From Promethearchaeota archaeon (GTDB lineage: Archaea; Asgardarchaeota; Lokiarchaeia; Sigyniarchaeales; SOKP01): DNA of 64,000 nucleotides. The DNA lies in contig JBHLOC010000009.1 of the NCBI GenBank assembly GCA_048940925.1, positions 45,867-109,866 of the forward strand, in the 5' to 3' direction. A model generated the notes under the pieces. It worked only from the letters and a program-made list of their open reading frames with translations. It was not told the origin of the DNA and did no database searches. The position numbers and the translations under genes are program-made. This document shows positions 1 to 9,242 of this stretch, in pieces; position 1 is the first letter of the stretch, and each line of letters begins with the position of its first letter.

Positions 1-1
1 G

Positions 2-685
2 AAATCCACATTAAAATTATATGATCAATTAGGTAAACGGATAAGGCAAGGTATCCTTGTCGTTCCTACGACAGCTGTTTTTAACTACTATCCATATAAA
101 TCTGAAATGAATTTTAACATGATGAATAATGTCGGCCATTGTGGAGATGGTTATGAAGAGATTGTTGAAAAATTTCAAAAAAAAATGATTTCAGTACCTA
201 TTATGATGGGATATGATTTTTTAATAGAAGAAGAAATTTCCTATGCTAAGGGTGTGATGGGGGGGAACTTATGGTTGTATTGTGATTCTGTGAAATCTGG
301 AATTAAAGTAGGCAGAGAAACTGTTAAAATTATTGCTGAAATTGATGATGTTTGCACACCTTTCGAAGTATGTTCAGCAGGTTCCAAACCGGAAACAAAA
401 TTTCCTGAAATAGGTCCATCGACCAATCATCCATTCTGTCCTACATTGAAATCTAAACTCGCACCAGAAGATTTTAAAGTCCCTGAAGGTGTTTTATCTA
501 TTCCAGAAATAGTATTCAATGCTTTAGATCTTAAAACAATTGAAAAAACGATGTTAAGAGTAATTGAGAGAATTATTGATTTAGAGGGTTTAATCAAAAT
601 ATCCTCTGGAAATTATGGAGGAAAATTAGGTAAATATAAAATATATTTGCGAGAACTAGGTTTAAAAGAAAATTATTTTTCTTAA
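2..685 (+). CDS. ftr: Formylmethanofuran--tetrahydromethanopterin N-formyltransferase (5'-partial)
   Basis: Frame is open from the window edge (KSTLKLYDQLGKRIRQGILVVPTTAVFN...). Ftr motifs: GVMGGNL, SAGSK, PSTNHPFCPTL, EIVFNA, ISSGNYGGKLGKY. Confidence 0.9.
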   Translation, partial: KSTLKLYDQLGKRIRQGILVVPTTAVFNYYPYKSEMNFNMMNNVGHCGDGYEEIVEKFQKKMISVPIMMGYDFLIEEEISYAKGVMGGNLWLYCDSVKSGIKVGRETVKIIAEIDDVCTPFEVCSAGSKPETKFPEIGPSTNHPFCPTLKSKLAPEDFKVPEGVLSIPEIVFNALDLKTIEKTMLRVIERIIDLEGLIKISSGNYGGKLGKYKIYLRELGLKENYFS

Positions 686-698
686 AATTAAATTTTTA

Positions 699-1358
699 TT
701 ACCTTTTTAATTTCTCTAGCTTTTGAAGTTGTTCTTTAGAATAGATTTTCCCATAATTTTTTGAAAAGATCTTTCTAATTTTTTCTAATGGTACGTCAGT
801 ATAGATACCCCAATCTTTAGCATACTCCACGAATAAATTCCCTTCATTATCATAAGGAGCTAAAAGGGCATCATTTTCTCCATCATATTCTACTAACGGA
901 ACATAACCTGCTTTAATTGCTGTTTCTTTATCAAAAACAGGAGTTAGCTTTTTCCATTTACCCTCAATATATAATTCACTATAACCATGACAATGAAATG
1001 TTCTAGTCCCCATTAATTCTTCGATCCAACTAGGAATTTTATGATTTATAATATCTATCATGTGGATTCTTGCAGGAATGCCAACTGCTCTAGAAAAAGT
1101 AGCTAATAATACAGCTTTTGACATACAGAAGCCATTACTTCTGCGTAAGGTAACAGAAGCTTTAAGATTTGCCCTATTACTTGGATTATATGTATACATA
1201 TTATACTTTATATTATCTCTAACCCAGTAAAAGAGTGCAATTGCTTTTTCTTTATCAGATTTCAATCCATTGATTATCTCCAAGGCTTTGTCTCTAACTG
1301 TTTTTTTATCAAAATCAAGGAATTCAGTTGGTTGGAGATATTCCTTCATTGAGTCCAT
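699..1358 (-). CDS. Transglutaminase-like cysteine protease family protein
   Basis: YLQPTEFLDF, ALFYWVRDNIKY, GFCMSKAVLLATFSRAVGIPARI, HGYSELYIEGKW. Confidence 0.85.
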   Translation of the reverse strand: MDSMKEYLQPTEFLDFDKKTVRDKALEIINGLKSDKEKAIALFYWVRDNIKYNMYTYNPSNRANLKASVTLRRSNGFCMSKAVLLATFSRAVGIPARIHMIDIINHKIPSWIEELMGTRTFHCHGYSELYIEGKWKKLTPVFDKETAIKAGYVPLVEYDGENDALLAPYDNEGNLFVEYAKDWGIYTDVPLEKIRKIFSKNYGKIYSKEQLQKLEKLKR

Positions 1359-1508
1359 AACTAAAAAAAAAATAGATCATTTTATAATATTTCTCTTAAA
1401 AAAAATTATTCAGATCTCTATTTTATTGTTTATAACATAAATATAAATTTTAATAATTCAATTATACCTTAAAATTGAGATTTAAATTATAATAAATCTG
1501 AGAATACT

Positions 1509-3167
1509 TTGGAAGCTTTAATACTTAGTCGATTTGACCCATTTTATGGTCCAAAAATCTTTTTGAAAGCACCTAAGTCATTAGAGGATGAAATTATAAA
1601 TGAAATCCCTTCATTAATGGAACTCCAAACAAAAGGAATTTTTATTCATATATTTAAAAAAATTAAGGCAGCAAATTTATTCTTTAAATTACCTAATGAG
1701 CATGCAAGGGGTGGAAATGAAAGTTTAATGATAAGTATTATAACTGACCTTAAAAGTAATATATCATTGATGTTAGCTCATGACCTTCTTGAAAGTTTTG
1801 CGCGAAATCTAACAAATTTAGAAGGAATTTATTTAGCTTTTGATAATAAAGTTAAAGATGTCCAGAGTGATCCTATAAAATTGAAAGAAATCGAAAAATA
1901 CTTCTTCTCATATTTTGAATCTATTAAACCTGCTCTTAGAACTATAAGAATGGCTGAAAATCGTTATCAAGCTCTATTTAAAGCTGCTAAAGATGCAATT
2001 GTTATTATAAATCGTAAAAATGGAATGATTGTTGATGCTAACTTAGAAACTGAAAAATTAATCGAACAATCTAGAGAAGAAATAATTGGACTCCATGCGC
2101 TTAAACTTGAATTATTTGATGAAGGTTTAATTGATCCATCTATGATTGATTATTTGATTGATAATCCACCTCCAATAATTTCAAGGATAAAAAAGTCAAC
2201 TGGTAAGAAGTTATATTTAGAAGTTAGTGTTAATGAAATTAAATTAGGAGATGAGCATTTTATTCAGTATATGTTTCATGATATTACTGATCTTCAAGTA
2301 ATAGAGGAGAAACTTAAGGATCAAGTTAAAAAAATGGATATATTAAATACAATCATCAGTATTGCGAACCATGCTAATAATTTACGAGAGTTATTAACTG
2401 ATATCCTTGATAATTCTATAGAATTATTTGATCTTAAAGGATGTTGTATATATTTGGTCGAAAAAGCTGGAAAGCTCGCTAGAGTAAAAGTTCACAAGGG
2501 ATTTCCTCCCTATTTTATCCAACAAAATAATAGATTAGATATAACAAAAAATCCTTATGAAATAGTCTTTAATAAAGGTGTTGTACTTAATAATAAAAAT
2601 TTTCCGGAATTATTAGACCAATTCTTTGAAGGAATTGAGTTTAGTTCGGCTGCTGTACTCCCTCTATTTTCAAAATTCGAAATTATTGGTGCTGTATTTA
2701 TGATTTTTAATGGTAACAAAATACTTAGCTCTGAAGAGATGGAATTAATTATTTCTTTGGGTATGGAATTAGGTACAGCGATAGAACGTATCCAAAATAA
2801 AGAAGAATTACGACGAAGTGAAATAAGGAATAATATTCTTCTTAATCATATTCCATTTTCGATTTTTAAAATTTCGAAAAATGGAATCTTTTTAGATATT
2901 AAATTAGATAAAAATATCAAACAAATTATTGAACAGACATTTACAACCACAGAATTTATAGGGAAAAATATAAATGATTTCCTACCAAAAGAAACCGCGG
3001 AGGAGACCCAAAACAATATTGAAAAAGCACTTAAAATAAATAAATCAATCGAAATGAAGTTTGTTTTGCCGATAAATGACAATCAAATTATTTTTAAATC
3101 TAATATCGTTCCCTTAGAAAATAAAGAAGTTTTGGTATTTCTACAAAATTTAACAAGAACCTGGTAA
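1509..3167 (+). CDS. uDENN/longin (NPRL2-like) + PAS + GAF + PAS sensor protein, no kinase domain
   Basis: N-terminal LILSRFDPFYGPKI resembles the uDENN/NPRL2 start motif. PAS (RYQALFKAAKDAIVII...HDITD), GAF (GCCIYLV...AVLPLFSKFEIIGAV), second PAS at the C-terminus. Confidence 0.75.
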   Translation: MEALILSRFDPFYGPKIFLKAPKSLEDEIINEIPSLMELQTKGIFIHIFKKIKAANLFFKLPNEHARGGNESLMISIITDLKSNISLMLAHDLLESFARNLTNLEGIYLAFDNKVKDVQSDPIKLKEIEKYFFSYFESIKPALRTIRMAENRYQALFKAAKDAIVIINRKNGMIVDANLETEKLIEQSREEIIGLHALKLELFDEGLIDPSMIDYLIDNPPPIISRIKKSTGKKLYLEVSVNEIKLGDEHFIQYMFHDITDLQVIEEKLKDQVKKMDILNTIISIANHANNLRELLTDILDNSIELFDLKGCCIYLVEKAGKLARVKVHKGFPPYFIQQNNRLDITKNPYEIVFNKGVVLNNKNFPELLDQFFEGIEFSSAAVLPLFSKFEIIGAVFMIFNGNKILSSEEMELIISLGMELGTAIERIQNKEELRRSEIRNNILLNHIPFSIFKISKNGIFLDIKLDKNIKQIIEQTFTTTEFIGKNINDFLPKETAEETQNNIEKALKINKSIEMKFVLPINDNQIIFKSNIVPLENKEVLVFLQNLTRTW

Positions 3168-3188
3168 GGTTACAAAGACATACTATTA

Positions 3189-4238
3189 CTAGTCACTAAG
3201 TTTTGTTAACATTTCCTGAATTTTTTTACTCTTATTTTGAAATTCAAACGCAAGAGAATCATCACCTAAATGAAGACACAAATTACTTATTTTTTCAAAT
3301 ATTTCAATAGTACTTTCAAAATCTCCTTGCTGTAATGCGTCTTCAAGTTTATCCATTAAAATATCTCTTTCAAATATAGGTTGTAATAATGGTGATACTC
3401 CAGCATCCATATCTAGGAGATCAGCTATAATACGTATCATTTTAGGGCGATTATTTGGATCAATAGCCACAAAAGAATATGTCTTATGCCCCAATAATCT
3501 TTCAATATCTTCAACTTTCATTGCATTAGGTAAATCTTGTTTATTCCCAATGACTGCTAAACGAGCAGTAGGAACAACTTTATTAACTAATTCAAAAAAA
3601 TACCTACTCTTCTCAAGATTTCCTAAAGAGGAATCTGTTATTAGTAATACAGCATCACTTCCTCTGATAAATTTCTCCCAGAGAAAATCGAATTGGTCTT
3701 GACCTGCGAAATCCCATAAAAAGAAGAAAAGTTTACCAATTTTAATAGTTGCAACCTCACCCGTTATTGTAGGAATATGTTGCATAGGAATTTCTTCAGA
3801 CTTTATTAATTTAGTGGTGGTGGTTTTTCCTACTCCTGAAAAGCCTACTAATGAAATTTTAGGTTTTAAATTTCTGTGAACGTTATCAACAATTGGATCC
3901 AATATATCACTTAATATTTCGAAATTATCATCTTTAATATTATCTCCATAAAACTCTAAAAATTCAGTTTTAAATTTTTTTAATTGTGGTTTTATATCAT
4001 CAAAATTGTCACCTAGGCCTGAAACAAAGAGTAAAATCATGTTTAAATTCTGATCAGCAATATATGAAAGCTTATATTTAAAAAACTCGTATGAGCCTGC
4101 CTCTTCTCCAAATTTCGAAAATGCTGCTTTTTTGATTATTTGATACACATTTGAAAAAAGATTACTGTCTAAACCCTTAGCATAACTCCTTTGATATGCT
4201 ATTGAATCATTTATAACTATAAAAATTTGTCGCAACAT
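3189..4238 (-). CDS. Longin-domain small GTPase (Arf/Rab-like) with C-terminal helical hairpin
   Basis: G1 GFSGVGKT, G2 IPTI, G3 WDFAGQ, G4 GNKQD. N-terminal longin-like MLRQIFIVIND...MILLFVSG. Confidence 0.85.
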   Translation of the reverse strand: MLRQIFIVINDSIAYQRSYAKGLDSNLFSNVYQIIKKAAFSKFGEEAGSYEFFKYKLSYIADQNLNMILLFVSGLGDNFDDIKPQLKKFKTEFLEFYGDNIKDDNFEILSDILDPIVDNVHRNLKPKISLVGFSGVGKTTTTKLIKSEEIPMQHIPTITGEVATIKIGKLFFFLWDFAGQDQFDFLWEKFIRGSDAVLLITDSSLGNLEKSRYFFELVNKVVPTARLAVIGNKQDLPNAMKVEDIERLLGHKTYSFVAIDPNNRPKMIRIIADLLDMDAGVSPLLQPIFERDILMDKLEDALQQGDFESTIEIFEKISNLCLHLGDDSLAFEFQNKSKKIQEMLTKLSD

Positions 4239-4265
4239 TTTGAATAATTTGTTATCATTTTAGTC

Positions 4266-5180
4266 TTATTGATAGTATTGACTTAATTCATTCTTTAATT
4301 TATCTAATATCTCTGTCATAACTTCTTGGTCTAAATTTTCAGATAATAAAATTAAATATTTAAAATTATTATGATATTTATTTATATCTTCTATTAACAT
4401 ATTTAAAATTTTAGAACCTGGGCTTATTATACTAGTTTTTGTTGTAGTAAACCCAGACGATTTGCTTAAATGATATACTTTTTCATATAAATAGAAAAGA
4501 ATACTAGTATCAAAATCGTTTGACATCTCTTGAATAATCAGATTATTTTCTTGATTAGAAACAAAACAACTTGTCTTAGACAAATTTTTGACAATGTTTT
4601 TGATAATTTCTTTTAGATTGGAAGTATCTTTTGAGAAACCACTTATAGTGGCTGACAATGCATTGTAAGTGGTATATATTAAATTTGGATGCAAACTTGT
4701 GAAATAAATTTGTATTTCTTCAGGAAGTTTTAATTGGGTAATTATTTGCCTTCGTATTAAAGCGAGCATACTTCCAATTTTCTTAGTGATTAATAGATCA
4801 ATTTTATGCAGAAATAAAACAATTTTAGCATCAAATCCCAGCTTTTTTCTAATTTCATAAATTTTCTTCACATCATCAATAATATCTTGTGAATCTTTGA
4901 TCCAGGTTGGATAATCAAAAAGATAAATGATTGCATTGGTATCTCCGAACGCTAATATTTGTTTCTGTTCATCTTCCAATATAATGGATAATGATTGACC
5001 AGGTGCATCAATTAGGCTAACTTTTGTATTCATAAAATCATGGACAGAATATTGCATTTTAATAGTTGCTTCAAGTGGAAAAAGTACTAATTCATTTGGA
5101 TCTTCTCCTTCGAAGATTACCTTTTGAATTGTGGTTTTTCCCATTTCTGGTTTTCCAATAAATGTGATTTTTGTAGCCAT
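4266..5180 (-). CDS. Rag/Gtr1-like GTPase with C-terminal roadblock-like domain
   Basis: GKPEMGKT, LEATI, DAPGQ, Rag-type HKID G4 and TSL G5, followed by a roughly 120-aa C-terminal alpha/beta domain. Confidence 0.8.
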   Translation of the reverse strand: MATKITFIGKPEMGKTTIQKVIFEGEDPNELVLFPLEATIKMQYSVHDFMNTKVSLIDAPGQSLSIILEDEQKQILAFGDTNAIIYLFDYPTWIKDSQDIIDDVKKIYEIRKKLGFDAKIVLFLHKIDLLITKKIGSMLALIRRQIITQLKLPEEIQIYFTSLHPNLIYTTYNALSATISGFSKDTSNLKEIIKNIVKNLSKTSCFVSNQENNLIIQEMSNDFDTSILFYLYEKVYHLSKSSGFTTTKTSIISPGSKILNMLIEDINKYHNNFKYLILLSENLDQEVMTEILDKLKNELSQYYQ

Positions 5181-5362
5181 GTTTTTACCTCATATTCTTA
5201 TCTAAAAGTTTATGATTTGCAAGAATTATTCAAGCTACTTTATAATCAAATAAAAGTAAATATATTTAAAGTTGATTAAATCTATAAAATCAATTTTTTT
5301 ATCTAATTGAGTTATATTTCTAGTGGAATTAAATAAGAAATAAATCAAATAAACATGATATA

Positions 5363-6598
5363 TTAAATTTTCGAAGCTATGAAATCGATAATATCTAGTA
5401 ATTTTATTTTTTCTTTAATCTCCGGTTCCACTTCTTCATATGCATCACTTAAATTTCCAATACAAAACGGGCAGCTGGTTGTTAATATATCTGCTCCTGA
5501 TTCTACGGCTTCTCTAATTCTCTCTTTTGAAATATCTTTTGCTAAATTCGGAAATTGACTCTTCATACCTCCACCTGCTCCACAACACCATGCATGTTTA
5601 CGATTTCTTTTCATTTCAAGCAATTCAACTCCTGGAATTTTTACAATCAGTTCTCTTGGGATCTCATATAAGTTCATATGACGCCCTAGGTGACAAGGAT
5701 CATGATATGTTACTTTTATCTGTTCCTCTTTAGCAGGATCGAAAGGAATTTTGTTATTGTTAATCAAATCAATTAAAACTTCAGTAATATGTTTCACTTC
5801 AAATGGTAATTCTTCTCCTAATAAATCTGGATAATCTTTCTTTAAAGTTCTATAACATCCTGCACAAGCAGTAAATATTGTTTTTGCTCCCATATTCTTA
5901 AAAGTTTCGATATTATGCTTTAAAAGTTCGTCTACCGATTTATAATCACCTATACGAGCTCCAATAGAGCCACAACACCATTCATTTTTCGATAATGCAA
6001 TCTCTATCTCAGATACTGATAATATTTTCATCATACTCTTCAATGTATCAGCTTGTCTTAAAGGCATCGTACACCCTGCAAAAAATACAAGTTCTCCTTT
6101 ATCTTTAATAGCTGGAAATTCTTGAGCCCACTCAAATTTTTTGGCTATATCTTCGCCATAAGGATTTTTAGTATTATCATTGTTCATATATTGAATCAAT
6201 TCTGCGTGTCTATCAAGTGGAGCAAAACCAGCTTCTACTAAGTCTTTCCTCAAGGCATCCCAAACCTTCACATGATCGATCCATTTACTTGTTGGTAATA
6301 TGATATTTTCATTATGTGTCATATGGCAAACTTCTGTACAGTTTCCACATTCAGAACATTTATATATCCACTCCGCGAGTTCTTTACTCAGTGGAATTTG
6401 TCCTTTCAAAATACTCTTTAGTACATTCATTCGACCTCGAGAAAAGTATATTTCAAAACCCTCTTCATCTTTTGCTTCTTTCACAGGACAAGTTAAATAT
6501 CTCCCAACAAAAGGTCTAATGGAAAATCCACAATCTCCGCAATTCATACAGGTAAATATAGCATCCCATTCTTTTTTCAAATTTTTTAATTCACTCAT
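5363..6598 (-). CDS. Fe-S oxidoreductase, GlcF/GlpC/HdrD family
   Basis: CMNCGDC and CSECGNCTEVC 4Fe-4S motifs, two CCG domains, YHDPCHLGR. Confidence 0.9.
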   Translation of the reverse strand: MSELKNLKKEWDAIFTCMNCGDCGFSIRPFVGRYLTCPVKEAKDEEGFEIYFSRGRMNVLKSILKGQIPLSKELAEWIYKCSECGNCTEVCHMTHNENIILPTSKWIDHVKVWDALRKDLVEAGFAPLDRHAELIQYMNNDNTKNPYGEDIAKKFEWAQEFPAIKDKGELVFFAGCTMPLRQADTLKSMMKILSVSEIEIALSKNEWCCGSIGARIGDYKSVDELLKHNIETFKNMGAKTIFTACAGCYRTLKKDYPDLLGEELPFEVKHITEVLIDLINNNKIPFDPAKEEQIKVTYHDPCHLGRHMNLYEIPRELIVKIPGVELLEMKRNRKHAWCCGAGGGMKSQFPNLAKDISKERIREAVESGADILTTSCPFCIGNLSDAYEEVEPEIKEKIKLLDIIDFIASKI

Positions 6599-6602
6599 AT
6601 TA

Positions 6603-8117
6603 TTAATCCCCCCAAAAATTAAATTTTCCTCTACTCAGAATCATATTAGGATCTAGTATTTTCTTGATTGACTTCATTAGATTATAATATTCCTCAGTGT
6701 ATGCACCAATATCAACCATTAAACGAGACATAAAATCTCCCATCATATACCATTGAACACCATGTTTTGTAACTCTTTCTAAAAGTGATTTCCATAATTT
6801 TAAATTCGTTTCTTGAATGACATCATAGTTCTCACCATTAAAATAACTCCAGAAGCTTGTAAAACCACATGTAATTTCTACATTATTACCATCTATTAAT
6901 AATATAGGACCACTTCCAGAAATAGGTCTCATTTTAGTAATATTAAAAATTTTTTGCATATTCTCATTATTTTCCATATCCCATTGATCAATATCGTTCA
7001 GAATTTCTGGATATTTATTTACTGGACAAAAAGATTCAGCTGTTAATGGTTGATTGGATGGTACCAATCCCCATAAATTGTGATAGAATTGCCAATGTCC
7101 TTGTTCAACATAATGCCACTTAGCAATATTACCATCCGAAATTTCTGAACCTACGTTTTCTGCTTTATTACTTATCATGATTTCATCTAATTGTTTTGCT
7201 TTCTCTTCCAATTCTCCTTCAGAATTGGCTTCTATAGTATAAAAAATTAAACCTCTTTTCCTTTTTAAATTCTCATACATGGGCATTAAGCCTTGATCAA
7301 CTCCAATTCTAACAAGTAAATCCATAATATACATTGCATCATAGACATCAATTCCTTTATGTCTAATTTCTGACAAAATTTTTGCTGATACCTCTCTTTC
7401 TTTTCGAGGTAATAAGAATGTTTTATACTCGGCATATTCTGGTTTAGGAAACACTTGTAAAGATACTTTAGTTTTAACACCAAAAATCCCATTATCCCCA
7501 CAGAATAGTCCTGCTAAGTCTGGACCATTACCAAATCGGTTGAATGGGAATTTTGAATATTTATTTGCTTGAGAACCTGTTTCTATAATATCTCCAGTCG
7601 GCAAGACTACTTCTAAAGATACTAATTGATTTGTACAGGCACCATATTTAGCACATCCTCCTCCACCAACTGAATGATGTGAAATACCCCCTCCTATTGA
7701 TGCGGACATGCCTGATCCTGGGCCCATACATCCAGTATAAAGATTAAAATGGCAAAGATATTCATTTAATTTTCCCCAAGATATTCCTGCTTCAACAGTC
7801 ACGATAAGATTTTCCTCATCCAAATTTAGAATATTATTCATTCTTTTCATATCTAATACAATTCCGTTATCTCCAATAGGTTTACTTCCCCCAAACTCAC
7901 ATATTCCTGCTCCACGAGGAATTACAGCAATATTTTCTTCATTAGCAATTTTAAGAATTTCTGAGATTTCTTGTGCATCTTTTGGTCGTATTACTATATC
8001 AGGTATTCCTTGTAAGACTATATCTACATTTCGCGAATAAGCATGACGAACATAAAGGTCATTCGAAAGATACTTTTTCGAGACAATTTTCTCTAATTTT
8101 TGATATAAATCAGACAT
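6603..8117 (-). CDS. FAD-binding oxidoreductase, GlcD/D-lactate dehydrogenase (VAO/PCMH) family
   Basis: PDIVIRP, VIPRGAG, VEAGI, SIGGGIS, LEVVLPTGD, GPDL, DPNMILSRGK. Operonic with the Fe-S subunit. Confidence 0.9.
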   Translation of the reverse strand: MSDLYQKLEKIVSKKYLSNDLYVRHAYSRNVDIVLQGIPDIVIRPKDAQEISEILKIANEENIAVIPRGAGICEFGGSKPIGDNGIVLDMKRMNNILNLDEENLIVTVEAGISWGKLNEYLCHFNLYTGCMGPGSGMSASIGGGISHHSVGGGGCAKYGACTNQLVSLEVVLPTGDIIETGSQANKYSKFPFNRFGNGPDLAGLFCGDNGIFGVKTKVSLQVFPKPEYAEYKTFLLPRKEREVSAKILSEIRHKGIDVYDAMYIMDLLVRIGVDQGLMPMYENLKRKRGLIFYTIEANSEGELEEKAKQLDEIMISNKAENVGSEISDGNIAKWHYVEQGHWQFYHNLWGLVPSNQPLTAESFCPVNKYPEILNDIDQWDMENNENMQKIFNITKMRPISGSGPILLIDGNNVEITCGFTSFWSYFNGENYDVIQETNLKLWKSLLERVTKHGVQWYMMGDFMSRLMVDIGAYTEEYYNLMKSIKKILDPNMILSRGKFNFWGD

Positions 8118-8257
8118 TTCTATATTAACTCATTAAATTTATATAAAGCAATTTATAATAGAAACATTAAATTACTTAAATATATTCCAAATTAAATTTA
8201 AGTTAAATCGAGATAGAGAAAGCAACCTAAACGATTAGGGAATCAAGGGTGTAATAA

Positions 8258-8542
8258 ATTTATTATCGAGGATATATATTAATACGTTTAAAAGCAATTG
8301 GTACTGAATGGAAGGTTGTTGAAAAATTGATTAATTTAAAATCTACTGATCTAGACGAAGATTGGAAAATCACATATGCAACTCCTATTTATGGGGGTTG
8401 GGATATAATGGTAGAATGTTCATTTACTAAAATGAGAGATTTAGATAAAATATCTACTTTTTGCAAGGTAGATAAAGATTTATCGCAGTGGATAGAAGAA
8501 ACAACCACATTAATAGGTTCAAAAAAAGATTATCCTAGATAA
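8258..8542 (+). CDS. Stand-alone Lrp/AsnC ligand-binding (RAM) domain protein, probable ATT start
   Basis: The frame extends upstream of the TTG at 8327 to ATT at 8258 (IYYRGYILIRLKAIGTEWKVVEKL...). YGGWDIMVE matches the RAM-domain GxYDII pattern. Confidence 0.65.
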   Translation: MYYRGYILIRLKAIGTEWKVVEKLINLKSTDLDEDWKITYATPIYGGWDIMVECSFTKMRDLDKISTFCKVDKDLSQWIEETTTLIGSKKDYPR

Positions 8543-8599
8543 TATAAGGTTGTAATATTTTGAATTAACTCATATTAGTAATTTAGATTTACTGTTATT

Positions 8600-9223
8600 T
8601 TGGGTTGGAAAACCTTGTATAAGATTAGAAAATATTCTATTATAACTATAATTTTTATTTTACTAACTATTCCTCTGTTTTTCGGAGTTTTTATAAAATT
8701 TTTCTTAATATTTAATATAAATCTAAAGGTGATTTTAGTTTTAATAACAGGATTTTGTGTCCTTATGATATTGAGTAAATTGACCGAAATATATGGTTAT
8801 AGCGATAGACACATTGAAATTATGAAAGATCATGATATTATAGAGGTGTTTATTAATAACCACAATCAGATAATTGTATGGGTTTTTTTTCCAATAATAA
8901 TGATAATTGAAGAATTAATCTTTAGATATTATTTGATTGGTTTCTTATTTTTTATTTTGGGATTAGAATCTTTTCTACTAATACTATCATCCAGCTTAAT
9001 TTTCTCGCTATATCATATACATACGTGGTTTGTTATTAAAAATCTAAGACTTAGGTTGATTAATCTTAGTAATCCCTTTTTATTAGGTTTATTCAATGGG
9101 TATTTATTTCTAAAATTAGGGATTATACCATGTATTTTGGTTCATTATTTTCTAGCTCTATTTTTATATTACAATTTATATAGAAGATATTTTAAAAGAG
9201 AAAATGAAGAAAATAAAAATTAA
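8600..9223 (+). CDS. CPBP/Abi (CAAX protease-like) intramembrane metalloprotease
   Basis: EELIFR, FSLYH and ILVH motifs; multiple TM helices. Confidence 0.85.
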   Translation: MGWKTLYKIRKYSIITIIFILLTIPLFFGVFIKFFLIFNINLKVILVLITGFCVLMILSKLTEIYGYSDRHIEIMKDHDIIEVFINNHNQIIVWVFFPIIMIIEELIFRYYLIGFLFFILGLESFLLILSSSLIFSLYHIHTWFVIKNLRLRLINLSNPFLLGLFNGYLFLKLGIIPCILVHYFLALFLYYNLYRRYFKRENEENKN

Positions 9224-9242
9224 AAAAGAAAAGTGCTAAAAA

